Assembly (NCBI GenBank): GCA_001819555.1 | Contig: MHMZ01000032.1 | Span: 20,834 to 60,010 of the forward strand | Length of the DNA stretch: 39,177 nucleotides | Direction: 5' to 3' | From: Candidatus Portnoybacteria bacterium RIFCSPHIGHO2_02_FULL_39_12 | Lineage (GTDB): Bacteria; Patescibacteriota; Minisyncoccia; Portnoybacterales; UBA2143 | Part shown: positions 8,129-17,118 of the stretch, one piece after another | Position numbering within the stretch: position 1 is the stretch's first letter | Layout: every line of letters begins with the position of its first letter | The notes under the pieces: generated by a model | Seen by the model: the letters and a program-made list of their open reading frames with translations, nothing else | Databases searched by the model: none | What the model was told of the DNA's origin: nothing | Made by a program: the position numbers and the translations under genes

Positions 8129-10561
8129 ATGAACCAAAAGAATAAATTCAACGCTTTTATTAGAGAGGTGGCTAATTTTTCCTTTATCGGTATTATTTTA
8201 TTGGTTCTTTTTTGGCCAATTTTATTCGGCCATAAAGTATTTTTCGGCGGAGACGCTGCTCTTCAATTTTACCCTTTTTTTTCATTTTTTAAAGACAATC
8301 TTAATGGTTTTACTTTCTGGCTTTCTGATATTTTATCCGGCTTTCCTGTCTATCTAAGTTTAGTCGGCGGCTTTTTCTATTTTTTAAATATATTTTTTTA
8401 TAGCTTCTTGGATTTTATTTCTGCTTATCATTGGGTTACTTTCATAAATTTCTTTCTTGGCGGTTGCTTCGCTTATTTTCTGGCCAGAAATCTTCAATTA
8501 GACAAAACCGCTTCTTTGATTGCTTCAATTACTTATACTTTAAGCGGTTTTTTGCTTAATTATCAGACTGCGGCGACCACAACTAATCTTTATTTTATCC
8601 TGCCGTTTTTATTTTTATCTCTTTTAAAAATCAGTCAAAGAAATTATAAATATATTCTCTTAGGCGGAATTGCTTTAGGTTTGGGCTGGCTTTCTTCACA
8701 TCTTCAACTTTTTCTCTTTATTGTTTCAGCCGGCATTTTTTACGCTTTTTTTCTGGATTGGCAAAACTATAACAGAGAAAAATCGTTTTTAAGAAATTTT
8801 TCCGTTTTGAAATCATTGGCGGTTATCGGAATTTTGAGTCTTTTGATCGGTTCCTTTCAAATATGGCCCTCCAATAAATTTAGCGGTTTAAGCGGCCGGG
8901 CTTTGGGCTTGAGCTATCAAGAAGCGTCCGCTGGCGCCCTGGGTCCGGTTTCTTTAATTAGTTATCTATTTCCTTATTTTGAAATACCGTATTTTAATTG
9001 GGGCACTCCAGGCATATTTTATCTCGGTTTTTTGCCTTTTTTCTTTTTTTTGGCTGCCTGGTTTTATCGCCGGGAAAACAAAAATATTTTCTTTTTTGTT
9101 CTTTTATTTATTTTTAGTTTTCTAAGCGCTATTCCTTTTTCGCCTTTTTTCTATTTGATGCATTTTTTGCCCGCCTTTAAATATTTTAGAGCGCCTTTTC
9201 GCTGGATGTTTATCGGAACTTTTGCTTCGGCTCTTTTAGCCGGTTACGGTTATCAGTATTTTCTGAATAATTCCCAAAAAATAAAAAAAATAATCAGCGT
9301 TTTTAAATACCTTATCTATCTGATTGTTCTTTTTGCCGTCACAGGCAATCTTTTGTTTTATTTGGCCGGAGATAAAATAATTGATTTTTTGAAAAGTTAT
9401 TTTGAAAAAAATCTCTATCAGAAAACCACTCAATTGCCGTTAGTCCATTATGAGAGTTTGATAGAAAAATATGTTTTGGAAATGTTTAATAATATTGATT
9501 TGAAGAATTATAAGTTTCTGATTCCTTTCGGTTTTATCCTTTTTGGGTTTTATTTAATCGGGATTTATTATCAAAAAAGAATTAGCTTGGACAAGTTCAA
9601 GTTCTTTGTCGTTTTGACTATCATCACCAATCTTTTATTGGTTTATAAACTAAAAGACCAATATATTCCGCGTCAGTTATATTTAAGAACATCAGAGACG
9701 GCCGAATTTATCAAAAGCCGCGAAAACAACTTTAATAGTTTTAGAATGTTCAGTTTTATGCCGGGATTTTCTGAATACGAGCGATTAGCCGTTCCTCATA
9801 CTCCCACTTTAGAAGATTTATTTATTTTTCAGTCAGAAATGGCCGCGCCTAATTTGAATATACTTTACGGACTTTCCAGTATTGATGGTTATGATAATTT
9901 AATGCCGCGCCGTCAGGCCAGAGTTTTAGCGGAATTAGGCAGCGACCGGGCTACCTTAGGCAATAAATTAACCGATAAAAAAAATAGCTTAGAAGAAAAA
10001 ATAAAAGAGTTTTTATTAAGAATTAATCTTTTAAGCGCGCAGAATGTTAAATATATTATCAGTGCTTATCAATTGCCGACTGATAAATTGAATTTGGTTT
10101 GGGAGAAAGGAATTACCCGTTTTAAGATTCCAATTTATATTTATGAAAATCCGCAGGTTTTGCCCCGGATTTATTTCGCCAAAGAGATTCAATTTATCGG
10201 GCTTGACGAAATTAAAAATTTTGATTTACTGCTTAATCCCGAGCTGGACTTTCGTAAAACAACTCTTATTGAATGTTTGAAATGTTATGTTCAGCGGAAA
10301 GAAGAAAATAATTTTTCAAAAATTAATATAGAGGAATATAGAAATGGCCTGCTAAGATTAAAAACCGAAACCAGCCAGCCAGAGTGGCTGATTTTCGGCG
10401 AGAGTAATTTACCGGGCTGGCAAGCCAAGATAGACGGAGAAATAACCGATATCTATATGGCTGATTATCTTTTTCAGGCCATTGCGGCGCCGGCTGGAGA
10501 GCATTTTATAGAATTTAGATATCGGGGCGCCACTAAAATTGAACATTTTCTTTTTAGATAA
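8129..10561 (+). CDS. YfhO-family membrane protein (extracytoplasmic glycosyltransferase family)
   Basis: 810 aa with a polytopic N-terminal two-thirds. The C-terminal beta-rich end, LPGWQAKIDGEITDIYMADYLFQAIAAPAGEHFIEFRY, is characteristic of YfhO proteins. GGAG SD upstream. Confidence 0.7.
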   Translation: MNQKNKFNAFIREVANFSFIGIILLVLFWPILFGHKVFFGGDAALQFYPFFSFFKDNLNGFTFWLSDILSGFPVYLSLVGGFFYFLNIFFYSFLDFISAYHWVTFINFFLGGCFAYFLARNLQLDKTASLIASITYTLSGFLLNYQTAATTTNLYFILPFLFLSLLKISQRNYKYILLGGIALGLGWLSSHLQLFLFIVSAGIFYAFFLDWQNYNREKSFLRNFSVLKSLAVIGILSLLIGSFQIWPSNKFSGLSGRALGLSYQEASAGALGPVSLISYLFPYFEIPYFNWGTPGIFYLGFLPFFFFLAAWFYRRENKNIFFFVLLFIFSFLSAIPFSPFFYLMHFLPAFKYFRAPFRWMFIGTFASALLAGYGYQYFLNNSQKIKKIISVFKYLIYLIVLFAVTGNLLFYLAGDKIIDFLKSYFEKNLYQKTTQLPLVHYESLIEKYVLEMFNNIDLKNYKFLIPFGFILFGFYLIGIYYQKRISLDKFKFFVVLTIITNLLLVYKLKDQYIPRQLYLRTSETAEFIKSRENNFNSFRMFSFMPGFSEYERLAVPHTPTLEDLFIFQSEMAAPNLNILYGLSSIDGYDNLMPRRQARVLAELGSDRATLGNKLTDKKNSLEEKIKEFLLRINLLSAQNVKYIISAYQLPTDKLNLVWEKGITRFKIPIYIYENPQVLPRIYFAKEIQFIGLDEIKNFDLLLNPELDFRKTTLIECLKCYVQRKEENNFSKINIEEYRNGLLRLKTETSQPEWLIFGESNLPGWQAKIDGEITDIYMADYLFQAIAAPAGEHFIEFRYRGATKIEHFLFR

Positions 10562-10566
10562 TCAGA

Positions 10567-12006
10567 ATGAAAAATAAAACAATCATTCGCAAGATATTTT
10601 CTTATTTGATAGTTTTTACCATTTTTTTCTTTTTAGGGAAAGGTTTGATTGAAAATTGGCAGAAGTTAAAAGAATACAATTTTTCTTTTAATTATTTTTA
10701 TCTAATTTCATCTTTTGTTTTTTTGATTCCGGGGATAGTCCTTCTGGGTTTTATTTGGAATGCGATTTTAAGGAGTTTAGAGCCGAATAAAAAACTGCCT
10801 TTTCTAAAGGCACTCTGGTTTTTTGTCTGCGGTTGGCTTTATCGTTATTTGCCCGGCGCGGTCTGGATGTATCTGGCCAGAATCTATTTAGGAGCTAAAG
10901 AGGGATTGTCCAAAAAAACTCTCACTTTGAGTGTTTTTTATGAAGCGGCTTTAGCCATTGCCTCGGCTTTTTTATTGTCAATTTTTCTTTTAGGCCTTGT
11001 TTTTGGTTCTAAGTTTTTAGGGCTAGTCCCTGATTTTTATATTCTTTTTCCTGTCTTGGCGATGGGGGCCGGTTTAGTTTTTATCCACCCGAAAATTTTT
11101 AATTTTTTTCTTAACCTTTTCTTAAAGCGAATTAAAAAAACAGAACTATTGACTGGTGATTTTTTAAGTTATTCGGCGGTGCTTAAAATTATTCTTTATT
11201 ATTTTATAAGTTATATTTTAATCGGCGCGGGATTTTTCTTTTTAGTCAGAAGCCTTGCTTATTTGCCGTTTTATGATATATTAGGGGCAATCGGTATTTA
11301 TATTTTAGCGTCTGTTTTAGGCACGCTGGCGGTTTTTGCGCCGAGCGGGCTCGGCGTCCGAGAGGCCTTTTTGGCGATATTTTTACAGCTTTATTTTCCT
11401 TTAAGTATTGCTACCCTGATTGCTTTATTGGCCAGAGTTTGGACTACTTTAGGCGAAATAACTATTTTCATGGGCCTTTATAGTTTTATGAATAAAAAAG
11501 ATTTTTTTAGAGTTTTGGCCCACTTTATTTTTAGAATCCGCCAATTTAATAATAGATGCCTGAAAAATCTCGCTGGCGATATTAGAAATAAAAGAATATT
11601 AGAAATAGGGAGCGGTCAGGGGGATTATTATTCGGCTAAACATTTTTTTGACAGTTCCAATGAATTTATCCAGTCTGATATTGTTGAGGGATACGGCCAT
11701 AAAATTATAGATGTCGTTCAGATGAATTACAAAAATGAATTTGATATTATTTTATCTTTGAGTGTTTTAGAACATATTTTTGATATTCATCAGGCCATTG
11801 AAAATATCTACCGGGCCCTCAGACCCGATGGACTCGCTGTCTTTTTTGTTCCCGGTTTTTATCCTCTTCACGGGGAATCTAATGATTACTGGAGATTTAC
11901 CGAACACTCTCTTAAAAGATTATTAAAAAAATTTAAAAGAATAAAAATTAAACATTCAGGCCTCAAACAATTTCCATTCGCTTATTACATAGAAGCGGTA
12001 AAATAA
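10567..12006 (+). CDS. Fusion protein: LPG-synthase-TM / 'flippase-like' (UPF0104, TIGR00374-type) membrane domain plus C-terminal class I SAM methyltransferase domain
   Basis: The N-terminal ~310 aa are polytopic and carry the family motif APSGLGVREA. The C-terminus has motif I ILEIGSGQG, then LSVLEHI and LRPDGLAVFFVPG. Confidence 0.7.
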   Translation: MKNKTIIRKIFSYLIVFTIFFFLGKGLIENWQKLKEYNFSFNYFYLISSFVFLIPGIVLLGFIWNAILRSLEPNKKLPFLKALWFFVCGWLYRYLPGAVWMYLARIYLGAKEGLSKKTLTLSVFYEAALAIASAFLLSIFLLGLVFGSKFLGLVPDFYILFPVLAMGAGLVFIHPKIFNFFLNLFLKRIKKTELLTGDFLSYSAVLKIILYYFISYILIGAGFFFLVRSLAYLPFYDILGAIGIYILASVLGTLAVFAPSGLGVREAFLAIFLQLYFPLSIATLIALLARVWTTLGEITIFMGLYSFMNKKDFFRVLAHFIFRIRQFNNRCLKNLAGDIRNKRILEIGSGQGDYYSAKHFFDSSNEFIQSDIVEGYGHKIIDVVQMNYKNEFDIILSLSVLEHIFDIHQAIENIYRALRPDGLAVFFVPGFYPLHGESNDYWRFTEHSLKRLLKKFKRIKIKHSGLKQFPFAYYIEAVK

Positions 12007-12083
12007 AGCGATTTCATAAATTAAGATAAGAGATTTTTAGAAAATATGAAACTATTAGTAATTATTCCCGCTTATAACGAAGC
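12002..12083 (+). repeat. 82-bp perfect direct repeat, copy A (leader plus first 38 nt of GT2 gene)
   Basis: Identical base for base to 13162-13243 (offset 1160). Identity ends at 12084 vs 13244. Confidence 0.95.
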
Positions 12084-12999
12084 GGATTCTATTGTTGAAG
12101 TAATTAAAAATATTCCTCAAAACATCAGGAGGATTGACCAGATTAATATTTTGGTGATTGATGACGGCTCAACTGATAAGACTGTTTTTAAGGTTAAATC
12201 AGAAACCAAGGCAACAGTTATTTCTCATCAGGGGAATAGGGGAGTGGGCGTCGCTTTTGGAACTGGTATTAGTTATGCCTTGGAGAATAGAGCTGACTTG
12301 GTTGTTAATATTGACGCTGATGGCCAGTTTAATCCTTTGGATATTCCTCAATTAGTTCAGCCAATTTTAAATAATCAGGCGGATTTTGTCACGGCCTCGC
12401 GATTTATTAAAAAAGACTTTATCCCTCAAATGCCGCGGATTAAATTATGGGGCAACCGGAGAGTGGCCAGCTTAATCAGTTGGCTGACCCGGGAGAAATT
12501 TTATGATGTTTCTTGCGGTTTTAGGGCTTATAATAAAGAAGCGCTTTTAAGTCTTAATTTATTCGGGCAGTTTACTTATACCCAAGAAGTTTTTCTGGAC
12601 TTGAGTTTTAAGGGATTAAGAATAAAAGAAATCCCGATTAAAGTGAGATATTTCCCTCAAAGGCGGTCAAGAGTTTATCAAGGAATTTTTCATTACGGCT
12701 TTAATACTTTAAAAATAATTCTCAAGACGCTGCGCGATTATCGGCCTTTCAGGTTTTTCGGCTCGATTGGTTTAATTATATTTTTTATCGGTTTAATTTT
12801 AGATATTTTTATGATGGCTTTTTATTTAAAGACCGGCGGCTTTACGCCCTATAAAGTAGTTGGTTTAACCGGCCTTTCATTAAATGTCATCGGTTTAGGG
12901 GTCTTATTTTTAGCTCTGATCGCCGATATGCTTTATCGTCTTCGGATAAATCAGGAAAAACTGCTTTATTATGAGAAAAAGAGACGATATTATTCGTAA
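12046..12999 (+). CDS. GT2 glycosyltransferase, GtrB/DPM1/ArnC-like polyprenyl-phosphate sugar synthase with C-terminal TM helices
   Basis: IIPAYNE, VIDDGSTDKT and the DxD region NIDADGQ. Two C-terminal hydrophobic helices, typical of GtrB-like enzymes. Confidence 0.9.
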   Translation: MKLLVIIPAYNEADSIVEVIKNIPQNIRRIDQINILVIDDGSTDKTVFKVKSETKATVISHQGNRGVGVAFGTGISYALENRADLVVNIDADGQFNPLDIPQLVQPILNNQADFVTASRFIKKDFIPQMPRIKLWGNRRVASLISWLTREKFYDVSCGFRAYNKEALLSLNLFGQFTYTQEVFLDLSFKGLRIKEIPIKVRYFPQRRSRVYQGIFHYGFNTLKIILKTLRDYRPFRFFGSIGLIIFFIGLILDIFMMAFYLKTGGFTPYKVVGLTGLSLNVIGLGVLFLALIADMLYRLRINQEKLLYYEKKRRYYS

Positions 13000-13028
13000 G
13001 GGTCCGACCCTCATGATGGTCGGACCCT
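12999..13028. repeat. GGGTCCGACCC palindrome family copy (11-bp stem, 8-nt loop)
   Basis: AGGGTCCGACC-CTCATGAT-GGTCGGACCCT, starting at the last base of the TAA stop of the 12046 gene. Confidence 0.9.
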
Positions 13029-13036
13029 AATGGAAA

Positions 13037-13129
13037 CGCTCGGCCGCTTCCAGCGGCGGCCTCGCTCAATACTCAGCGCGGTGCCCCGCCTTTTAGGCGG
13101 GGACCAAGCCGCCGCGCTTCCGCATGGTC
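13037..13129. other. Non-coding GC-rich structured island of unknown function
   Basis: About 90 nt, far more GC-rich than its surroundings. Hairpin CCCCGCC-TTTTA-GGCGGGG (13084-13102) is nested between GCGGCGGC (13053-13060) and GCCGCCGC (13108-13115). CGCTTCC occurs on both flanks. No plausible ORF. Confidence 0.6.
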
Positions 13130-13161
13130 AAAAAAGTGTAAACAATGCTAGAATTTCTTAT

Positions 13162-13243
13162 AAATAAAGCGATTTCATAAATTAAGATAAGAGATTTTTA
13201 GAAAATATGAAACTATTAGTAATTATTCCCGCTTATAACGAAG
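13162..13243 (+). repeat. 82-bp perfect direct repeat, copy B
   Basis: Identical to 12002-12083. Confidence 0.95.
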
Positions 13244-14181
13244 AAGAATCTATAGGATTGGTTATTAAAGAAATTCCTAGGCAGATAGAGGGAGTCAATA
13301 AAGTGGAAGTCTTAGTCATAGACGATGGTTCTGTTGATAAAACAGTTCAGTTGGCTAAAGGGGCAGGAGCTGATTATGTTTTCTCCAATAAGACAAACAG
13401 GGGACTCTCTTTTTCTTTTAAGAGAGGATTAGAAGAAGCTCTGAAATTAGGAGCAGATATTATCGTCAACACAGATGCTGATTTTCAATATGACCAATCA
13501 GAAATAGTAAAACTTATTCAGCCGATACTACAAGATAAAGCCGATTTAGTTTTTGGCGATAGGCAAATAAAGAAAATTGACCATATGAGCTTAAAAAATA
13601 AATACGGGAATATCATCGGCAGTTTTTTTCTTCGCTTAATCACCGGTTCTAATATTATTGATGCTTCTAGCGGTTTTCGGGCATTTTCTAAAAAATCAGC
13701 AATGCAATTTTCAATTTTTTCCGATCATACTTATACTCACGAAACAATTATTCAGGCCGTTGATAAAAGAATGCGCCTTGCTCAAATACCGGTAACCTTT
13801 AGAAAAAGACAAACAGGCCAATCGCGGCTAATTAGGGGATTTTTTAAGCATATAGAAAGATCGTTATTGGTTATAGTTAAAGTTGTTTTAATTTATAAAC
13901 CGCTTAAAGTGTTTTTTATCTTAGGCGGAGTCAATTTTTTATTGGGAATTTTGATCGGCTTGAGGTATTTATACTTTTTTTTCATTGGCGGCGCCGGCGG
14001 TCATATCCAGTCATTAATTTTAGCTTCTATTTTAATCAGTATTGGAGTCATTATTATTGTGATGGGCCTATTGGCAGATTTAATAAATACCAATAGGAAA
14101 ATTATTGAAGAAATACTTTTGCGATTACGAAAAAAAGATTATCAGAAAAAAAATTATAAAAGAGACAATCAAAAAGAATAA
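13207..14181 (+). CDS. GT2 glycosyltransferase, GtrB/DPM1-like polyprenyl-phosphate sugar synthase (diverged paralog of 12046)
   Basis: IIPAYNEE, VIDDGSVDKT and NTDADFQ. C-terminal TM helices and a lysine-rich tail. Confidence 0.9.
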   Translation: MKLLVIIPAYNEEESIGLVIKEIPRQIEGVNKVEVLVIDDGSVDKTVQLAKGAGADYVFSNKTNRGLSFSFKRGLEEALKLGADIIVNTDADFQYDQSEIVKLIQPILQDKADLVFGDRQIKKIDHMSLKNKYGNIIGSFFLRLITGSNIIDASSGFRAFSKKSAMQFSIFSDHTYTHETIIQAVDKRMRLAQIPVTFRKRQTGQSRLIRGFFKHIERSLLVIVKVVLIYKPLKVFFILGGVNFLLGILIGLRYLYFFFIGGAGGHIQSLILASILISIGVIIIVMGLLADLINTNRKIIEEILLRLRKKDYQKKNYKRDNQKE

Positions 14182-14194
14182 AAAAAATATTTTA

Positions 14195-15394
14195 GTGGTA
14201 ACCACAAGTTTTCCGCGCTGGCCGGGTGATTTTAGCGGTGTTTTTATTTTAGAATTACTGAAGAGATTGACTGACAGTTTTAATATTTTTGTTTTAGCGC
14301 CTCATTTTCCCAAAAGCGCCTTTAAAGAGACTTGGTTTGGTTTAACGATTTATCGGTTTAGATATTTTCTTCCAACTAAGCGACAAGAGGTTTGTTATGG
14401 ACCAGGCATTTTATCAAATTTAAATAGAAACAGACTCCTCATTTTTATTTTGCCATTTTTATTTATCAGTCAATCTTTAAAAATAATTTATTTAATCAAG
14501 AAAGAAAACATAGATTTAGTTCACGCTCATTGGTTTTTACCTTCCGGTTTAACCGCTAGTTTAGCAACTAAAATCTATCAACGACCCTTAATCGTGACTA
14601 GCCATGGTCCGGACATTCTTTCTCTTAAAGGCGTCTTTTTTGATAAGATTAGAAGTATAGTATTTAATCGGGCTGAAGCCATAACATTTATCAGTCCGAT
14701 CTTTATCAGGCAGTTTATCAAGAATCAGCCGATTAAACTGAATAAGGTTTATAGTATTTCTATGGGAGTAGATACTAATTTATTTCAGTCCTCGGCCAAA
14801 ATAAAAGAAGATGGAGAAGCGCGTTTGAGAGAAAAATTAGGATTTTACCCCTCTCCGCCAATTTTACTTTTTGTCGGCGCTTTAGCTGAACGTAAGGGCG
14901 TTTCTTATTTAGTGAAATCAATGCCCGCGATCATTAAAAATTTCCCAAAAGCTGCTTTGCTTATTATCGGCAGCGGGCCCGAAAGAGAAGAATTAGAAAA
15001 TCTGTCTTTAAATCTAAACTTAAAAAAGAATGTATTTTTTTTAGGCAATATTGAGCCTCAAGAGTTGCCTTATTATTATAATCAAGCCGATGTTTTTGTC
15101 TTACCTTCTTTAGTTGAGGGATTGCCGGTGGTTTTAATGGAGGCCTTGGCTTGCGGTTTGCCAATAGTGGCGACCAGAATTGCCGGTATCCCGGATATGA
15201 TAAAAGACGGCCAAAATGGTTTTTTAGTCAGTCCTCAATCGCCAAAAGAATTAAGCCGGGCCGTGATAAATATTTTATTAAATGGTGAGTTAAGAAAAAA
15301 CATAGCCAAAGAAGCCCAAAAAACAGCCAGAGAAAAATATGATTGGTCGGTGATTGTCGAGCAATTTAAATTGCTTTATCAAAACACTTTATGA
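14195..15394 (+). CDS. GT4-family (Glycos_transf_1) glycosyltransferase
   Basis: EX7E-type region PSLVEGLPVVLMEALACGLPIVATRIAGIPDMIKDGQNGFLV. The track ORF starts at TTG 14105, which would overlap the upstream gene by 77 nt. The in-frame GTG at 14195, 13 nt after the upstream stop, is the more likely start. The start remains uncertain. Confidence 0.85.
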   Translation: MVTTSFPRWPGDFSGVFILELLKRLTDSFNIFVLAPHFPKSAFKETWFGLTIYRFRYFLPTKRQEVCYGPGILSNLNRNRLLIFILPFLFISQSLKIIYLIKKENIDLVHAHWFLPSGLTASLATKIYQRPLIVTSHGPDILSLKGVFFDKIRSIVFNRAEAITFISPIFIRQFIKNQPIKLNKVYSISMGVDTNLFQSSAKIKEDGEARLREKLGFYPSPPILLFVGALAERKGVSYLVKSMPAIIKNFPKAALLIIGSGPEREELENLSLNLNLKKNVFFLGNIEPQELPYYYNQADVFVLPSLVEGLPVVLMEALACGLPIVATRIAGIPDMIKDGQNGFLVSPQSPKELSRAVINILLNGELRKNIAKEAQKTAREKYDWSVIVEQFKLLYQNTL

Positions 15395-17118
15395 AAATTT
15401 TAGGGATTTCCAGCGGACATGACGCTGGCGCGGCCATTATTGAAGATAATCAGGTTTTGGCCGCTATTAATGAGGAACGATTGAATCGGGAAAAGTTATA
15501 TTGGGGGTCGCCGCTTTTATCTATTTCAGAATGTTTAAGAATCGCTAATTTGTCTTTGAAAGATATTGATGAGGTGGTTTTTGCTAATTTAACTAACGGC
15601 GCCGGCATCCAGCGGGAATTTAGAAGCGGCCGGCTCACTTTTAAAAAGCGGCTGTTTGACGCATCTTCCTATACTGGCCTCCTTGATAAAAAAATTATTA
15701 AAAAAATATATCTTTTTCTTTTAGGCGGATTGAGAAGCGAGAGAGAAACTTTTAAATTGATTCGGGAAAACGGTTTTAATTCATCTTGCCGATATCTTGA
15801 ACATCATTTAGCGCATGCGGCCTCTGCTTATTATACTTCTCCTTTTAATTTGGATGATAAGGTTTTGGTAGTAACTACTGACGGTTCAGGTGATGGAATT
15901 GGCGCCGCTATTTTTACCATTAATCAAAACGGCTTTCTAAAGCGAAGGAATGAAACTTCTTTTTATCATTCACCCGGCGCTTTTTACAGTAATATCACCT
16001 ATAATTTGGGTTTTAAGCCCTTAAATCAGGAAAGCAAGATTACTGGCTTGGCTGCTTACGGCCAGCCGGAAAAAACCTTGGATATTTTCAGAAAATACTT
16101 AAAAGCAGACTTAAAAAAGCTTGAATATCGTTCAAAACTCGGCTGTTTTGGCCGGCCGGCGGCCAAAAAACTTCATCTGCTTTGTCAGGGTCAGAAAAGA
16201 GAAGACATTGCGGCCGGTCTCCAAAAAAGAATAGAAGAAGTTTGCGCCGCTTTGATTCAAGCCGCTCTTCAAAAATATCAATGTAATAAAGTTTGTTTAG
16301 CCGGCGGTTTATTTGCTAATGTTCGTTTAAATCAGGCGATTTTAGAATTGCCTAATGTAGAGGATATTTATATTCATCCTCATATGGGAGATGGCGGATT
16401 AGCGGTTGGGGCGGCTTTGGCTCTTTGGGCAGAAACTTGCCAAAGGAAAAACCAGCCGGTTTTTCCACAGAAACTTTCTCATGTTTATTTAGGCCCTTCT
16501 TTTACTGACGAGGAAATTGAAATAGTTTTAAAAAATAGCGCTTTTGATTATCATTATTCAGAAAACATTGAGTTAGCCATAGCTGAATTATTGGCTTCTG
16601 GCAAAGTAGTGGCTCGCTTTAACGGGAAGATGGAATACGGTCCCCGGGCTTTAGGCAACCGTTCTATTCTTTATCAAGCAAATGACCCGACGGTTAACGA
16701 TTGGCTGAATAAAAGATTGCGTCGCTCGGATTTTATGCCCTTTGCGCCGATTATTTTATTTGAGGAAGCCGCTAATTATTTTGAAAATTTTGACCCGGCG
16801 CATAGTTTTGCTTCTGAATTTATGACCATCACTTACCGGACCACTGAAAAATGTCAAAAACAAGCGCCGGCTGTTGTTCATGTTGACGGCACGGCGCGAC
16901 CCCAGGCAATTAAAGAGGAAGTAAATCCTTCAATGTATAAAATTATTAAAGAATATCAAAAAATAACCGGCTTGCCCATTATGATTAACACCAGTTTTAA
17001 TATTCATGAAGAGCCGATTGTTTGTACGCCAAAAGACGCTCTGCGGGCTTTTCAAATCGGCCATTTGGATGTTTTAGTCATCGGCGATTATTTTATTAGG
17101 GGCCGGCCCTCATTATGA
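15391..17118 (+). CDS. Carbamoyltransferase, NodU/CmcH/TobZ family
   Basis: N-terminus MKILGISSGHDAGAAIIEDNQVLAAINEERLNREK. Metal motif EHHLAHAASAYY. 575 aa with a two-domain layout. ATGA overlap. Confidence 0.9.
   Translation: MKILGISSGHDAGAAIIEDNQVLAAINEERLNREKLYWGSPLLSISECLRIANLSLKDIDEVVFANLTNGAGIQREFRSGRLTFKKRLFDASSYTGLLDKKIIKKIYLFLLGGLRSERETFKLIRENGFNSSCRYLEHHLAHAASAYYTSPFNLDDKVLVVTTDGSGDGIGAAIFTINQNGFLKRRNETSFYHSPGAFYSNITYNLGFKPLNQESKITGLAAYGQPEKTLDIFRKYLKADLKKLEYRSKLGCFGRPAAKKLHLLCQGQKREDIAAGLQKRIEEVCAALIQAALQKYQCNKVCLAGGLFANVRLNQAILELPNVEDIYIHPHMGDGGLAVGAALALWAETCQRKNQPVFPQKLSHVYLGPSFTDEEIEIVLKNSAFDYHYSENIELAIAELLASGKVVARFNGKMEYGPRALGNRSILYQANDPTVNDWLNKRLRRSDFMPFAPIILFEEAANYFENFDPAHSFASEFMTITYRTTEKCQKQAPAVVHVDGTARPQAIKEEVNPSMYKIIKEYQKITGLPIMINTSFNIHEEPIVCTPKDALRAFQIGHLDVLVIGDYFIRGRPSL

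Noticed and set aside
12887-13069. Minus-strand 60-aa ORF spanning the GT2 3' end, the palindrome and the GC island
   Set aside because: Its sequence (…GSDHHEGRTL…) is simply the palindrome read in reverse plus GC-rich spacer. It overlaps a well-supported CDS and has no start context.
14105-14194. TTG 14105 as the start of the GT4 gene
   Set aside because: It would overlap the upstream GT2 gene by 77 nt and add a lysine-rich, low-complexity leader. The in-frame GTG at 14195 follows the upstream stop by 13 nt and begins right at the conserved GT4 N-terminal strand (VVTTSFP). The start choice remains uncertain.
16146-16168. GC-rich hairpin TTTTGGCC-GGCCGGC-GGCCAAAA inside the carbamoyltransferase gene, as another inserted element
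   Set aside because: The stem is only 8 bp. There are no flanking direct repeats. It encodes an ordinary FGRPAAKK stretch in a region where family members vary. It is compatible with chance, given the GGCC-rich codons for Gly, Arg, Pro and Ala.
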